A stretch of 42,194 bases of DNA from an uncultured archaeon (GTDB taxonomy: Archaea > Asgardarchaeota > Heimdallarchaeia > Heimdallarchaeales > Heimdallarchaeaceae), in the NCBI GenBank assembly GCA_964549075.1, contig CAZJUB010000016.1, positions 1-42,194 on the forward strand, read 5' to 3'. The translations under genes were made by a program, and so were the position numbers. Below are positions 9,506 to 19,516 of this stretch, piece by piece; position 1 is the first letter of the stretch, and every line of letters begins with the position of its first letter. The notes beneath the pieces are model-generated. The model had not been told where the DNA came from. It made no database searches and saw only the letters and a program-made list of their open reading frames with translations.

Positions 9506-11119
9506 TTATTTTCTCCTTGATCCAATAACAACTAAGGAAAGTAGAGTTAGTAAACTAACAATAGAAATCATTGTTGTAGAGATAGTAAATTCTGGGATGA
9601 CATAAATACCTCCTAAGGGATATAAGTCCTGACTTCCTGCGCTACCATAAATGTCATACGGTCCAGATACCCAGGAGTCCCAGTAGTTGCCTTCTTGGAG
9701 AGTCTCGTTGTACCAGAAATTGTCTATACCTTGGTCGACACCATAACTAGAATAGAAAGATGAACAATTGATGAAGTTGTTGTGATAAATATAGTTATCT
9801 TCAGTCTCATAGTCTAAGGAAATTGCATACAGATACATATTTCCAAAGTGATTCTCAATAATTGTTATATTGTTTGAGTAGTCATTTACAGCAATACCAG
9901 CATATAAAATATCATGAAAATTATTGTACTGAATTAAACCTTTACTTGAGCTGAAAGTTGACATTCCTCCAATCATTTCATCTCCAGTAAAGCTACACCC
10001 TATTATCTTGAAGTCTTCTGAATTAAAGAATGCTAATGCAACTCCAGTGTCTATAAAGTTACAATTTTGAATAATGACAGATTTGCTAAAGTGTACTAAA
10101 ATGTTAACAGTAGTATGTTGTGCAAAATCGTTATGTCCATTAATCATGATATTGGTACAATTAACTAAAATTATCTCTGGTCTAGGTGTTGCAGAAAATG
10201 TAAAATCTACAAGATTTTCTCCGTAGAATAGTATTTCACCATTAACTGTGTTATCCCATTGTACATCTAAAGAAAGCAAATCTTCTACATCATCATCGTA
10301 AACCCCTAAATCACAGTTTACAAAGGTATTAAGTTCTACAAAAGTGTTTGGAGAGTCCCAAATAGAAATGCCATGTTCAACATTATCAAAACAGCTGTTT
10401 AAACCTGCATATCCATCTGTACAATTTTCAAAATAAATCCCATTAGCTACTGCGCCATTAGCTATACAATTCTGAACAGCAACATCCCAAGAATCTTCCA
10501 CATGAAAACAATCATCATAACCAGAATCATAAGCTTCGCACCAAAACATATCAGCACTGTAACTACTTTTAATCTCAAAACCTCTATCACAGTTATAAGC
10601 TTCGTTGTACATATAAAGTATGTCACTAGCATTATCAGCTTCAAATCCAGCAGATACACAGTCATAAGCGAGACAATCTCTAACATAAGCACCTAGGGAA
10701 TTGATAATACCTAGTCCGGTAGCACTTAGATTGAAAGTACAATTTTTAACAGTAGCAGTATCTGGAGCTACATCTTCTATACAAACATCATATCGATTCG
10801 CTCGAACAGTACAGTTGACTAATTGAAAGTAGTCAGTGGTCCCATGGATATATATACCAATATCAGCTGTTGGATCATAAACATCTTTGTCTCTAATTAT
10901 CCAAGGTTCAAGTTCTGAACCGTCTCCACTTATAGCATATAAAGTAAACTCAGTATTGCTAGAAATTTCAAAATCTTCAATCGAATTAACTGGTATTGTT
11001 ACAAGGCTAGCATCATTCACATGTTGAAAACTTGTTGTAGTATTTGAATTATAGAGTGTTAGAATCAATAGTAATAAACAAAACAATATAAGAACATCTT
11101 TTCTTTTCATAGAATTCAC
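9506..11119 (-). CDS. Right-handed parallel beta-helix (NosD-like) surface protein with IPEF tail
   Basis: Signal peptide, SGDGSELEPWII, beta-helix repeats, WYNETLQEGNYW, tail VIPEF + TM + SRRK. Confidence 0.8.
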   Translation of the reverse strand: MNSMKRKDVLILFCLLLLILTLYNSNTTTSFQHVNDASLVTIPVNSIEDFEISSNTEFTLYAISGDGSELEPWIIRDKDVYDPTADIGIYIHGTTDYFQLVNCTVRANRYDVCIEDVAPDTATVKNCTFNLSATGLGIINSLGAYVRDCLAYDCVSAGFEADNASDILYMYNEAYNCDRGFEIKSSYSADMFWCEAYDSGYDDCFHVEDSWDVAVQNCIANGAVANGIYFENCTDGYAGLNSCFDNVEHGISIWDSPNTFVELNTFVNCDLGVYDDDVEDLLSLDVQWDNTVNGEILFYGENLVDFTFSATPRPEIILVNCTNIMINGHNDFAQHTTVNILVHFSKSVIIQNCNFIDTGVALAFFNSEDFKIIGCSFTGDEMIGGMSTFSSSKGLIQYNNFHDILYAGIAVNDYSNNITIIENHFGNMYLYAISLDYETEDNYIYHNNFINCSSFYSSYGVDQGIDNFWYNETLQEGNYWDSWVSGPYDIYGSAGSQDLYPLGGIYVIPEFTISTTMISIVSLLTLLSLVVIGSRRK

Positions 11120-11265
11120 CTAGTTCTATACAACTAGTATATCTTATAAACTTTAACTACAGCCTTACATGTAAAAGGAGCAAAGAAAGGAATTAAGTAA
11201 TATTTTCGTTTTTTATGCAAATAGTTTAATTATAAGTGATTCATAATCGTTTATTTGATGTTTAT

Positions 11266-12957
11266 ATGAAAAGGAAGGCAATCTTTTCGATCTCAATTAC
11301 TGCAGTATTATTGCTCTCATTTATAACAATTCATTCTGTTAATACAAAAATACCTTCTGCTGAGTTAGACAAGGAATTGAATTCCTATATAACTCATGAA
11401 CCTATGGTTATAACCTCTGATGCTGATTTCGGTGCAGGTGGTTATGGTCTTCCAGGAGATGGTTCAGCTGGTACTCCATATTTGATAGAGAATCTAAACA
11501 TTACTAATAAAGTAGGTTCTTATGGAGTTTACATCGAAAATGTGACGAAGTATTTTGAGATTAGAAATTGCTACATACAAGCGGAATATCCAATCTACAT
11601 TGAGAGTATTACATCAAATTTCGTTCTAATTTATAATAATACCATACAAATGTTATCAGGTGTTACTCCAACTGGAATTTATATTTCAAGTAGTAGCCAT
11701 TTTGAAATTTCTTATAATGAATTCTATGGAGGAGGAACTTCAGGAATCTATGCTGAATATTGCAGTTCTTTCTTAATTAATCATAATTATTTTACATTAT
11801 TCTGGAATTGTATGGATATACATAATTGTCTTGATTGGGATGTGTTCAACAACGTTTTTGATTATAATGATGGAGATCAATACGTTGATTCCAGTTATTT
11901 CACTTTTTATAATAATACATGGATAGACAACAATAATGGCCTTTACTTAGGAGTGTGTTCGGATTTCAATATAACAGGTAATTTTTTCATCGAAAATGAT
12001 TATTTTGCAGTTACAGTATATGCATGTTTATCTATAAATTTTATCTATCATAATTGGTTCTTGAACAATAATCTAGCAAGTTCAATAGAGTCACAAGCTT
12101 CTGATAATACAGGAGTAATTTGGCATTATGGTAGTATAGGTAACTTCTGGTTAGATTATAGTGGTGAAGGAAAATATTGGATCTTTGAAGATGTATATGA
12201 TCCTGTTCCCATTTGGGATTCAGATTCTGATGGATTAAATGAATATGATGAAATATATGTGTATGGTACTGATGAATACGATTATGATAGCGATAATGAT
12301 CTGCTTCCTGATGGATATGAGGTAGAACAAGGGCTCGATCCTCTATTAGACGATGCTAAACTTGATCCAGATACTGATGGGCTTATTAATCTGGATGAAT
12401 ACAAATTCGGAACTCAATGCCAGGATTGGGATACCGACGGGGATGCTATGTCTGACGGATATGAAGTTTTTCATTCTCTTAATCCTTTATTTGATGATGC
12501 TTCATTAGATTTTGATGGAGATGGGCTAACGAATCTTCAAGAATATAATTTAGGAACAAAAGCAAATAATTACGATTCTGACATGGACGGGATGAGTGAT
12601 TATTGGGAAAATGAAAATGGACTCAATCCTCTTGTAAATGATGCTTGGATGGATCTTGACAATGATGGTTTGAATAACTTCTTAGAATACATCTATAATT
12701 GCAACCCTAATGATGAAGATAGCGATAATGATAGCTACAAAGATGGGGAAGAGATTCTTCAAGGAACAAATCCTAATGATCCAGAAGATTTTCCTTCAAC
12801 AACTTACCAACCCACTACAACAGAATCAACCTATTATTGGATTGGAGGATTATTTGCTCTTATAGTAGTAACAAGCTTACCTATTATCATACAAAGAATA
12901 AGAATAAACAAACTACGCGAATTAGTAAAAGAGTATTTTCCAAGAATGAAATTCTAA
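11266..12957 (+). CDS. Beta-helix surface protein with DxDxDG (TSP3-like Ca-binding) repeats and C-terminal TM anchor
   Basis: LPGDGSAGTPYLIE, GNFW, about eight DxDxDG units, S/T linker and TM helix. ATG 11266 opens the signal peptide (track start 11236). Confidence 0.8.
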   Translation: MKRKAIFSISITAVLLLSFITIHSVNTKIPSAELDKELNSYITHEPMVITSDADFGAGGYGLPGDGSAGTPYLIENLNITNKVGSYGVYIENVTKYFEIRNCYIQAEYPIYIESITSNFVLIYNNTIQMLSGVTPTGIYISSSSHFEISYNEFYGGGTSGIYAEYCSSFLINHNYFTLFWNCMDIHNCLDWDVFNNVFDYNDGDQYVDSSYFTFYNNTWIDNNNGLYLGVCSDFNITGNFFIENDYFAVTVYACLSINFIYHNWFLNNNLASSIESQASDNTGVIWHYGSIGNFWLDYSGEGKYWIFEDVYDPVPIWDSDSDGLNEYDEIYVYGTDEYDYDSDNDLLPDGYEVEQGLDPLLDDAKLDPDTDGLINLDEYKFGTQCQDWDTDGDAMSDGYEVFHSLNPLFDDASLDFDGDGLTNLQEYNLGTKANNYDSDMDGMSDYWENENGLNPLVNDAWMDLDNDGLNNFLEYIYNCNPNDEDSDNDSYKDGEEILQGTNPNDPEDFPSTTYQPTTTESTYYWIGGLFALIVVTSLPIIIQRIRINKLRELVKEYFPRMKF

Positions 12958-13010
12958 AAACAACTAAGAAGGATTGAATTCCTTCACATTTTCTTTTATC
13001 TCAAACTATC

Positions 13011-13328
13011 TTATCTGCAATCTCCACTATTACAGTTCGGACCGCAACACATCCAGAAGAATAAGATTCCAAAGAGTACATCCCAAAATCCTCGACCTCC
13101 TCCTCCTTGTGGTCGCTCATCATAATAATCATCTGTTCTATATTGTTGATAGGACGGCTGTGATTGTGTTGGACCGCTTTGAGCTGTAGTTTGATATCTG
13201 ATAGGTAATTGCTTGTCTTTATATTGTAGAATTAACTCTTCTAAATCAGTACCACAGTTCTCGCAATAGCGACCAGAAGCTGTGTGTTTTTGACCGCAGT
13301 TTGGGCAAAAAATTACATCATCACTCAT
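13011..13328 (-). CDS. Zinc-ribbon tail-anchored protein with Q/P-rich linker and Cys-rich tail
   Basis: CPNCG...CENCG, segment DLEELILQYKDKQLPIRY shared with the 4886 gene, tail GFWDVLFGILFFWMCCGPNC. Confidence 0.75.
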   Translation of the reverse strand: MSDDVIFCPNCGQKHTASGRYCENCGTDLEELILQYKDKQLPIRYQTTAQSGPTQSQPSYQQYRTDDYYDERPQGGGGRGFWDVLFGILFFWMCCGPNCNSGDCR

Positions 13329-13503
13329 ATGAGCTACTTTAGGCTTTCACATATATAAATTTAAAGAAAAGGAAATAGGGAAAGAGATTATTTTTTCTTT
13401 CTAAAAATTGGTAAAATGATCAAGGTCATTTATTGAAGATGTACTCTAAAAAATGTATCTGAGCAAAAATTTACATATTTGATAAAAAATCTACTAGGTA
13501 TAA

Positions 13504-14145
13504 ATGTCTTCCAAAACTGAATTCGAGAAATTTTCTCGAGAAATGGCTCACATTCCAATTTATTTAAGTGATTTATCTTTGGATCAGATACTTGAACAAC
13601 CTCTATTTATTCAAATGAAAAAATATGCTCAATTACAATTCACTGATGTTTACAAATTTATTTATCAAGGTAGTTGTGGGTGGGCTCACCTTTCGAAATT
13701 AGGAGATAATACACACATTAAACATTATTTAGCTGAAGAACTAGTAGCTGCTACTGAAACTAAAGACTTTGATGAATTACTAGAGACTCTAGATCTGAAA
13801 TCAGGATTAGGAAGAGTCAACCTTAGATCATGGAAAGAGCAATTTGGTGATGATATAGAGCTACTGTGGAAGTTGATGTTAAGAGCACAGAAAAATAGCC
13901 CTACAACTATGGATCTTTTTATTGAGAGATGGGGAGAGTTTTCGGAATGGATTCATCAGAAGGTGATCACTTACCCTGTTGAAGCAGAAAAATTAGTCAT
14001 AGAGTGGCTTGAATTAGTCAATACAATTGCTTCAGAAATAACGGAGCCAATAGAACTCCCAATGGTATCTCACTCTCTTATGTATAAAAGGTATTATTCT
14101 CCTTCATACAGAATAATAATGGAAGAAGATCTTTTTCCAGTTTAA
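13504..14145 (+). CDS. Conserved hypothetical protein
   Basis: DVYKFIYQG...H, RVNLR and HS...Y...YSPSYR motifs resemble an uncharacterised prokaryotic family. Confidence 0.65.
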   Translation: MSSKTEFEKFSREMAHIPIYLSDLSLDQILEQPLFIQMKKYAQLQFTDVYKFIYQGSCGWAHLSKLGDNTHIKHYLAEELVAATETKDFDELLETLDLKSGLGRVNLRSWKEQFGDDIELLWKLMLRAQKNSPTTMDLFIERWGEFSEWIHQKVITYPVEAEKLVIEWLELVNTIASEITEPIELPMVSHSLMYKRYYSPSYRIIMEEDLFPV

Positions 14146-14149
14146 AAAT

Positions 14150-14914
14150 TCAGAATAGATATGGAATAATTGCCTTTCTCTTCTCTGGATACTCTTCAAA
14201 TGTTTCTTTATACCATTTATGATGAGATCTTGCTCTAGGAACCAAATTAGCAATGGTCCAGAAGGCAAATAACAATCCAGCAAAATTCCAAACCATCGAT
14301 GCCCATCCAATCCAAATCAGTATTTCTCCTAGATAATTAGGGCTCGAAACAAACTTGTACATTCCTCCAAAAGGAATTTTATACCCATTTTCTCCTGGTT
14401 TGCGTAATTCTCTTAGTACCAAATCAGAATGACGATTTATAATATATCCTACAATGAAAATTATAACTCCGATAATAAATCGTGGATCCTTTAACCAGGA
14501 AGGAGTATATGCTGTGGGAGCAGCAAAATGAAAAATCCATCTTGCTTGAAGGTAAGTATTAGAAATTTGGAAAATCATTCCAAAAAACATTATTAAGATA
14601 GGCATTCGTTTTTTTGTTCGCAAGAAAAATGGAAAAATTAAATCTCTTTGAACATAATGTAATAACCAGAGAACAAAAAGTACGATAGGAACCAATTCTA
14701 TTTTGCGATCACTTATACCAAATAAGACTGAAAAGATAATTACCGCAGGAGATTCCATTATGATCCATCCCCATTTGGAATTAATTGAAGGTCCCCATCC
14801 CCTCCTTACATGACGTCCATAAGGAGCACTGATAAAGAACAATAAAATAAACATAGCTAGAGCTACTATCGCTGATGCGATTAGTAAACCCCAATAAATG
14901 TTAAGTTCTTCCAT
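14150..14914 (-). CDS. Steroid 5-alpha-reductase family (SRD5A/DET2-like) membrane reductase
   Basis: APYGR, WIIMESPA, HY, GYKIPFGG..KFVSSPNYLGE, HHKWY and RKAIIPY motifs. Confidence 0.9.
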   Translation of the reverse strand: MEELNIYWGLLIASAIVALAMFILLFFISAPYGRHVRRGWGPSINSKWGWIIMESPAVIIFSVLFGISDRKIELVPIVLFVLWLLHYVQRDLIFPFFLRTKKRMPILIMFFGMIFQISNTYLQARWIFHFAAPTAYTPSWLKDPRFIIGVIIFIVGYIINRHSDLVLRELRKPGENGYKIPFGGMYKFVSSPNYLGEILIWIGWASMVWNFAGLLFAFWTIANLVPRARSHHKWYKETFEEYPEKRKAIIPYLF

Positions 14915-15021
14915 TGGATTTTAACAGAATATGCCTTTTTTAAAACTTTTCCCCTAGGCTATCGAGAAATAAGTTTAAAATAAAACTAGCATGTTTTACA
15001 CTTAAAGGATTGAATTCTTAA

Positions 15022-16251
15022 ATGCCTTCTGAAGAACAGTTAAAAGTTTCAGCAAAACTTTTTTGGAATGTTCAATTTATTTACGAGTTAGAATTAGCTA
15101 AGAAGGAATTAGAAGCATTTAACATCAGATATAAGTTAAATAATAATCTCAGAGATATTGACATATCTTTTGTACCTGATGGAACTGAATTTCTTGAGAG
15201 ATCAGCTTATTTTGAAGAACTAGGCGGGAAATCATCATTATATTCTAAAATCACTAAAGCTAATGTTACTAGATCTCTTAATCAATATCTAACACATTGG
15301 ATTTACCCTTATAAAGGCAAATATCACCCTCAAATGATTAGAGCTTTACTTAACATCATGCGAATCCAACCTGGGGAAAGCATTTTAGATCCATTTATTG
15401 GTAGTGGTACAACAGCAGTAGAAGCGCAATTATTGGGGATAAATTGTAAAGGCATAGATATCTCAGAAGTTTGTACTAGAGTAACTCAAGTAAAAACACA
15501 AGCACACGAAAATTTGGAAAAAATAAGTAAAATATTTGAAACAAATTTCGGTGATTTGAAAAAGAAGATACAACAAAAAGCAACAGATGAAGAAGAGATA
15601 AGTAAAATAGAAAGTATGATAGAAGAAATAGACAACTCAAACGTTTATAATTTCTTCAAAGTTGCAAGTTTAATTGCTCATAGCGATAGAGCAAGAAGAA
15701 AGAAAAAAAGTTTCACTGTTTCTTTTCTAAAGAATGTTGAGAAGATGGTTGTATCATTAAAAGATTATCAGAAAATCATCTCTGAGTATAACCTCAAACT
15801 TGGAAATGTTTCAATAGAGAAAGGTGATGCAAAGCAACTTCAACTCCAACCTAACTCAATTGATGGTATAATTTGCTCTCCTCCTTACTCTATAGCTTTA
15901 AATTATGTAGAAAATGATAAACATGCACTAGATGCTTTAGGTTTTGATCCCAACGTAATTAAAGAGGAGTTTATAGGAGTTAGAGGGACAGGAAAAACAA
16001 AAATAGAGCTATACAATCAAGATTTAATCCAAAGCTATAAAGAAATGGACAGAGTACTCAAGGCAGGTAAATATTGTTCAATAGTCATAGGAAATGCAAC
16101 TGTTGATAAAAAAGAAGTAAACACAGTTGAATATACGATAGATATTTTTCAAAATATGGGATATACGCTCGAGGAAAATATAGATAAAATAATTTTTGGT
16201 TTGTATAATGTTATGCAAAAAGAAAACATACTAGTGTTCAAAAAACCTTGA
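15022..16251 (+). CDS. SAM-dependent amino-methyltransferase, probably DNA N4-cytosine
   Basis: THWIYPYKGKYHPQ, SAM motif DPFIGSGTT, catalytic SPPY, RVLKAGK. Confidence 0.75.
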   Translation: MPSEEQLKVSAKLFWNVQFIYELELAKKELEAFNIRYKLNNNLRDIDISFVPDGTEFLERSAYFEELGGKSSLYSKITKANVTRSLNQYLTHWIYPYKGKYHPQMIRALLNIMRIQPGESILDPFIGSGTTAVEAQLLGINCKGIDISEVCTRVTQVKTQAHENLEKISKIFETNFGDLKKKIQQKATDEEEISKIESMIEEIDNSNVYNFFKVASLIAHSDRARRKKKSFTVSFLKNVEKMVVSLKDYQKIISEYNLKLGNVSIEKGDAKQLQLQPNSIDGIICSPPYSIALNYVENDKHALDALGFDPNVIKEEFIGVRGTGKTKIELYNQDLIQSYKEMDRVLKAGKYCSIVIGNATVDKKEVNTVEYTIDIFQNMGYTLEENIDKIIFGLYNVMQKENILVFKKP

Positions 16252-16254
16252 GAA

Positions 16255-17340
16255 CTATTTGCGAATTCTAGAATAAGTATCTACAATTAGACATGTTAGC
16301 TCAGATAGCAAGATACCTGGTAAATCGATGTTTTTGGATTGAAAGATATCTATTAATGCTGTTAGAATCGTTTTCTGATTGATTTCTAGACCTATTAAAG
16401 AATTTTGGATATCTTTTAAGATATAGGGAGGAGAAAGCGAAAAATCTCCTGATATCACAATATCAGCTATCTTATTTTCATCAAAATAGACAAAAAGCTG
16501 TACTAAACCACCTTGAAATTTTTTCTCAGTATAAGAAAAATATGTATCACTTTTGATTTTTTGTTGAAATAACTCTTCTTTGTCTTTTTCAACATAATAA
16601 AGCCAGTCTTCTTGTTGATACATATATTTAATTTCATCAATTTTCTTCTTTTCTTCCTCTGTAAGATCTGATTCATAGAATTGAATATCTAAGTTTTTTT
16701 GAAAATTAAAAAGGTATTTTTGCATGACTTCTTCTTTACTTGGAATTTCTTTTAAGAAATATTCAAAACTACCCATTCTTTCAACCAAGGACTTAGCAAT
16801 TTTATCTCGGAATTTCTCATTTGGAACTTTAAGAATCTTTGACATATGTTCTGCTGGAAAACTAAAAATAAAATTTCCCACTAAAACTCTTGATCTGTCA
16901 TAAGATACAGCTCCATTTCCACTTATTTTCTTACCTTCAGCTACTATATCATTAATTGGAGAATAAAGAGCTGGAATACCAAAATCATTAAATGTTTTTA
17001 CGGTTGGAGTTAGGAAAAATTGGTAGAAATCTTTTAGATTTTGATTATAATCTTGTTTATCACATATAATCTGATAAAACAATTGATTACTGTCAAGATA
17101 AACTGAACCACCACCAGTACCTCTTCTAACCAAAGGAAGTTTTGTAGCTTTAATATAATCGAGTTCAACAGATTGTTCTATTACTTGATGTAAACCAACA
17201 CAAACAAGCGGTTGATCTGGCCAGGTGATTATAAGGGTATTAGGTGTCTGATACTCATTTTTAACAAGAGCTAAAGCGTGATAGATTGCTTGTGTATCTA
17301 ACCAATTCTGTTCTCCAAGATTTACTAAACGCCATTCCAT
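16255..17340 (-). CDS. lplA: Lipoate-protein ligase A with C-terminal domain
   Basis: RRGTGGGSVYLD, NDI...GKKISGNG and C-terminal ISGDF. Confidence 0.88.
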   Translation of the reverse strand: MEWRLVNLGEQNWLDTQAIYHALALVKNEYQTPNTLIITWPDQPLVCVGLHQVIEQSVELDYIKATKLPLVRRGTGGGSVYLDSNQLFYQIICDKQDYNQNLKDFYQFFLTPTVKTFNDFGIPALYSPINDIVAEGKKISGNGAVSYDRSRVLVGNFIFSFPAEHMSKILKVPNEKFRDKIAKSLVERMGSFEYFLKEIPSKEEVMQKYLFNFQKNLDIQFYESDLTEEEKKKIDEIKYMYQQEDWLYYVEKDKEELFQQKIKSDTYFSYTEKKFQGGLVQLFVYFDENKIADIVISGDFSLSPPYILKDIQNSLIGLEINQKTILTALIDIFQSKNIDLPGILLSELTCLIVDTYSRIRK

Positions 17341-17364
17341 CGAGCATCTTCCAATAAGATGAAA

Positions 17365-18069
17365 TCAATTGACTGTAACCCAATCTTTCTCGTTAGATAA
17401 GAAGAATATTACTAGATCGTCGTCGTTAATATACAACAGTCTAGAAAACTGAGTTGTTTTTTGTACACCATTAATTTCTATGTTAGCATTAAAATGAACG
17501 ATAATTTCATATTCAATCGTTTCTGCTAAATAAAGCTGTTCAAGAGTGTTGTTTATACTAGGTGAAGGATAATTTGGTTGACTGTAGTGAGATGCATTCC
17601 AATCTTCAATATTCCACATCCAACTTAAGAAAGTTCCATTAGAATTACCGAAAAGATTGGCATAAGAATTCTTTGCACCATCAGCTGTTACAGGGGCAGT
17701 TTGAATTGTCATCTCTAATTCAAAAACATGAACCTTATCACTTAAACCATCATAATCTAGAATAGAAAAGTTTTCCATAAATTTCGTTTCTTCTATAATT
17801 AATTGAGATATGTTATTGATATAGCTTAGTTGCGGTAATCCCGATATTGTTATCCAATAATCAGGTGAGCTACCATTAATATTAGCAGTTGAATTAATTA
17901 GATTTACACTATTAAGATCCCCATCAATTGTATTAATTATTATCGAACTATTAAACTGATCAATACTAGGAGGTGCAGTAGTTACTGAAATTAGAATTAT
18001 AGGTAAACCTAGTAAACAAAAACCAAATAATACAAGGAATACATTGAACATTCCATTACCATTAGCCAT
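17365..18069 (-). CDS. Hypothetical membrane-anchored or secreted protein
   Basis: N-terminal hydrophobic helix and many N-x-S/T sequons. Confidence 0.65.
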   Translation of the reverse strand: MANGNGMFNVFLVLFGFCLLGLPIILISVTTAPPSIDQFNSSIIINTIDGDLNSVNLINSTANINGSSPDYWITISGLPQLSYINNISQLIIEETKFMENFSILDYDGLSDKVHVFELEMTIQTAPVTADGAKNSYANLFGNSNGTFLSWMWNIEDWNASHYSQPNYPSPSINNTLEQLYLAETIEYEIIVHFNANIEINGVQKTTQFSRLLYINDDDLVIFFLSNEKDWVTVN

Positions 18070-18126
18070 ATTTGTGAAAAGGTAAGAACATTATTTATAG
18101 GTTTTGAAATAAAAATAAAAGAAGGA

Positions 18127-19422
18127 TTATTTTTTACTCTTTATTCTCTTTGTATACACCAAATATGATGGATAGACAATTGCAAATAAACCTAAAGTAC
18201 CAATAACAAAGTAAGTTCCTAAATTCATAAAGAGACCATAATCACCTATGAAATTATTTGTCCAAGTATTTCCATCTGCTGAAAAAGCAAAAGCTACACT
18301 AGGATATCCCTTTCCTCCGAATCTATCTCCTCTTCCAACAATGAAAGTTAGGAATAATCTACCTTCATATACTGTCAAACTAGGTTCTCGACGGTAATAA
18401 CCATCAAAATTACTTTGGCTTTTAATTATCAAATGATTTTGTCTGGTGCCAGTGACTTCTTCTAAACCAAGGAGTCCTTGAGTGACTTGGAAAGATACTC
18501 CCCACAAAAATGTTTCTGATTTAATAATACCTTGAGCTTGATTAACTACATCTGTTAAATTGTCTTGAGCAATTACAAAAAAACTATTTGACCAAAAGGT
18601 AACTGTGGGTTTCAAAACTGTTATGGCGTTATATGGTGGATCAATTGAAGCTATTAAACTGACAGTGTTGTAGGTTGCTCCTAGCTCTTCAAAATGAACT
18701 GAACTTGTCAGACCTTGTTCTTCAGTGTAAATAACAAGAAGTTTATTATTATAGGTGTAAAACTCAAAATCCTTTCCAAAACCACTTGACACATAGTAAG
18801 TATTTGTAACTTCTAATGAATCAGGATTGATTTCTAGAACATCACTTACTGTAACAAAGTATATATCTCCACTAACATTTACTTCTTGTTCATATCCATA
18901 AGCTAGAACTAACTTATTTCCATAGTTAATCGCATCAAAATTAAAGTAAGTATCTTCTGAATATACTACTGAAGTGTTGTAAACTATTGTTGGTTCGCTC
19001 CAACTAACACCATTATTGTCTGAAGTCAATGCTAGAAATGTCACATTGTGTGATGTCATGTCTTCAGCACCTAAGAACAAGTAGCAAATTCCATTTAAAA
19101 TCACTACATCAGTCTGATTAGTATAAAATGTAGTCCCGTTGAAATCAAAAGTTTGATCTATGATTACTGTATCGTTTATTTCTTCAATTTGAAATTCTGT
19201 TGGAAGCTTCCTCATGGTTCTAGATTTAATGTCTTGAGAAATAGATTGTTCATTTGATATAGTATCTTGGATAAAAACCATCACATACTCACCACTATTT
19301 GCTTCAGAAGTTACTGGTCCATAATCGGAATATGTAATAATTGCAGAACTATAATTTGGAATTGAAGTAAACATTATAGAAAATACAATAACAAAAACTA
19401 CCCATTCTTTCTTAACATTCAT
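18127..19422 (-). CDS. Secreted Asp-box/sialidase-like propeller protein with C-terminal TM anchor
   Basis: Signal peptide, SDNNGVSWSEP and SADGNTW Asp-box-like motifs, TM helix + basic tail. Confidence 0.6.
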   Translation of the reverse strand: MNVKKEWVVFVIVFSIMFTSIPNYSSAIITYSDYGPVTSEANSGEYVMVFIQDTISNEQSISQDIKSRTMRKLPTEFQIEEINDTVIIDQTFDFNGTTFYTNQTDVVILNGICYLFLGAEDMTSHNVTFLALTSDNNGVSWSEPTIVYNTSVVYSEDTYFNFDAINYGNKLVLAYGYEQEVNVSGDIYFVTVSDVLEINPDSLEVTNTYYVSSGFGKDFEFYTYNNKLLVIYTEEQGLTSSVHFEELGATYNTVSLIASIDPPYNAITVLKPTVTFWSNSFFVIAQDNLTDVVNQAQGIIKSETFLWGVSFQVTQGLLGLEEVTGTRQNHLIIKSQSNFDGYYRREPSLTVYEGRLFLTFIVGRGDRFGGKGYPSVAFAFSADGNTWTNNFIGDYGLFMNLGTYFVIGTLGLFAIVYPSYLVYTKRIKSKK

Positions 19423-19516
19423 TTAGGAGACTCCTGTTTTTTTTCTCTTTGCAAAACATAGTTGAGGAATATATAAATGTTGCCAAGAGAGGTTAGTTGA
19501 CACCTACATATCACCT

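Noticed and set aside
934-17340. Functional link between the E2-like gene and lplA
   Set aside because: About 15 kb apart with unrelated genes between, and the E2-like protein has no lipoyl domain.
16255-18069. Read-through of TGA 17365-17367 in frame into lplA
   Set aside because: The 24-nt in-frame spacer is plausible by chance, and fusing an extracellular domain to a cytoplasmic ligase is topologically implausible.
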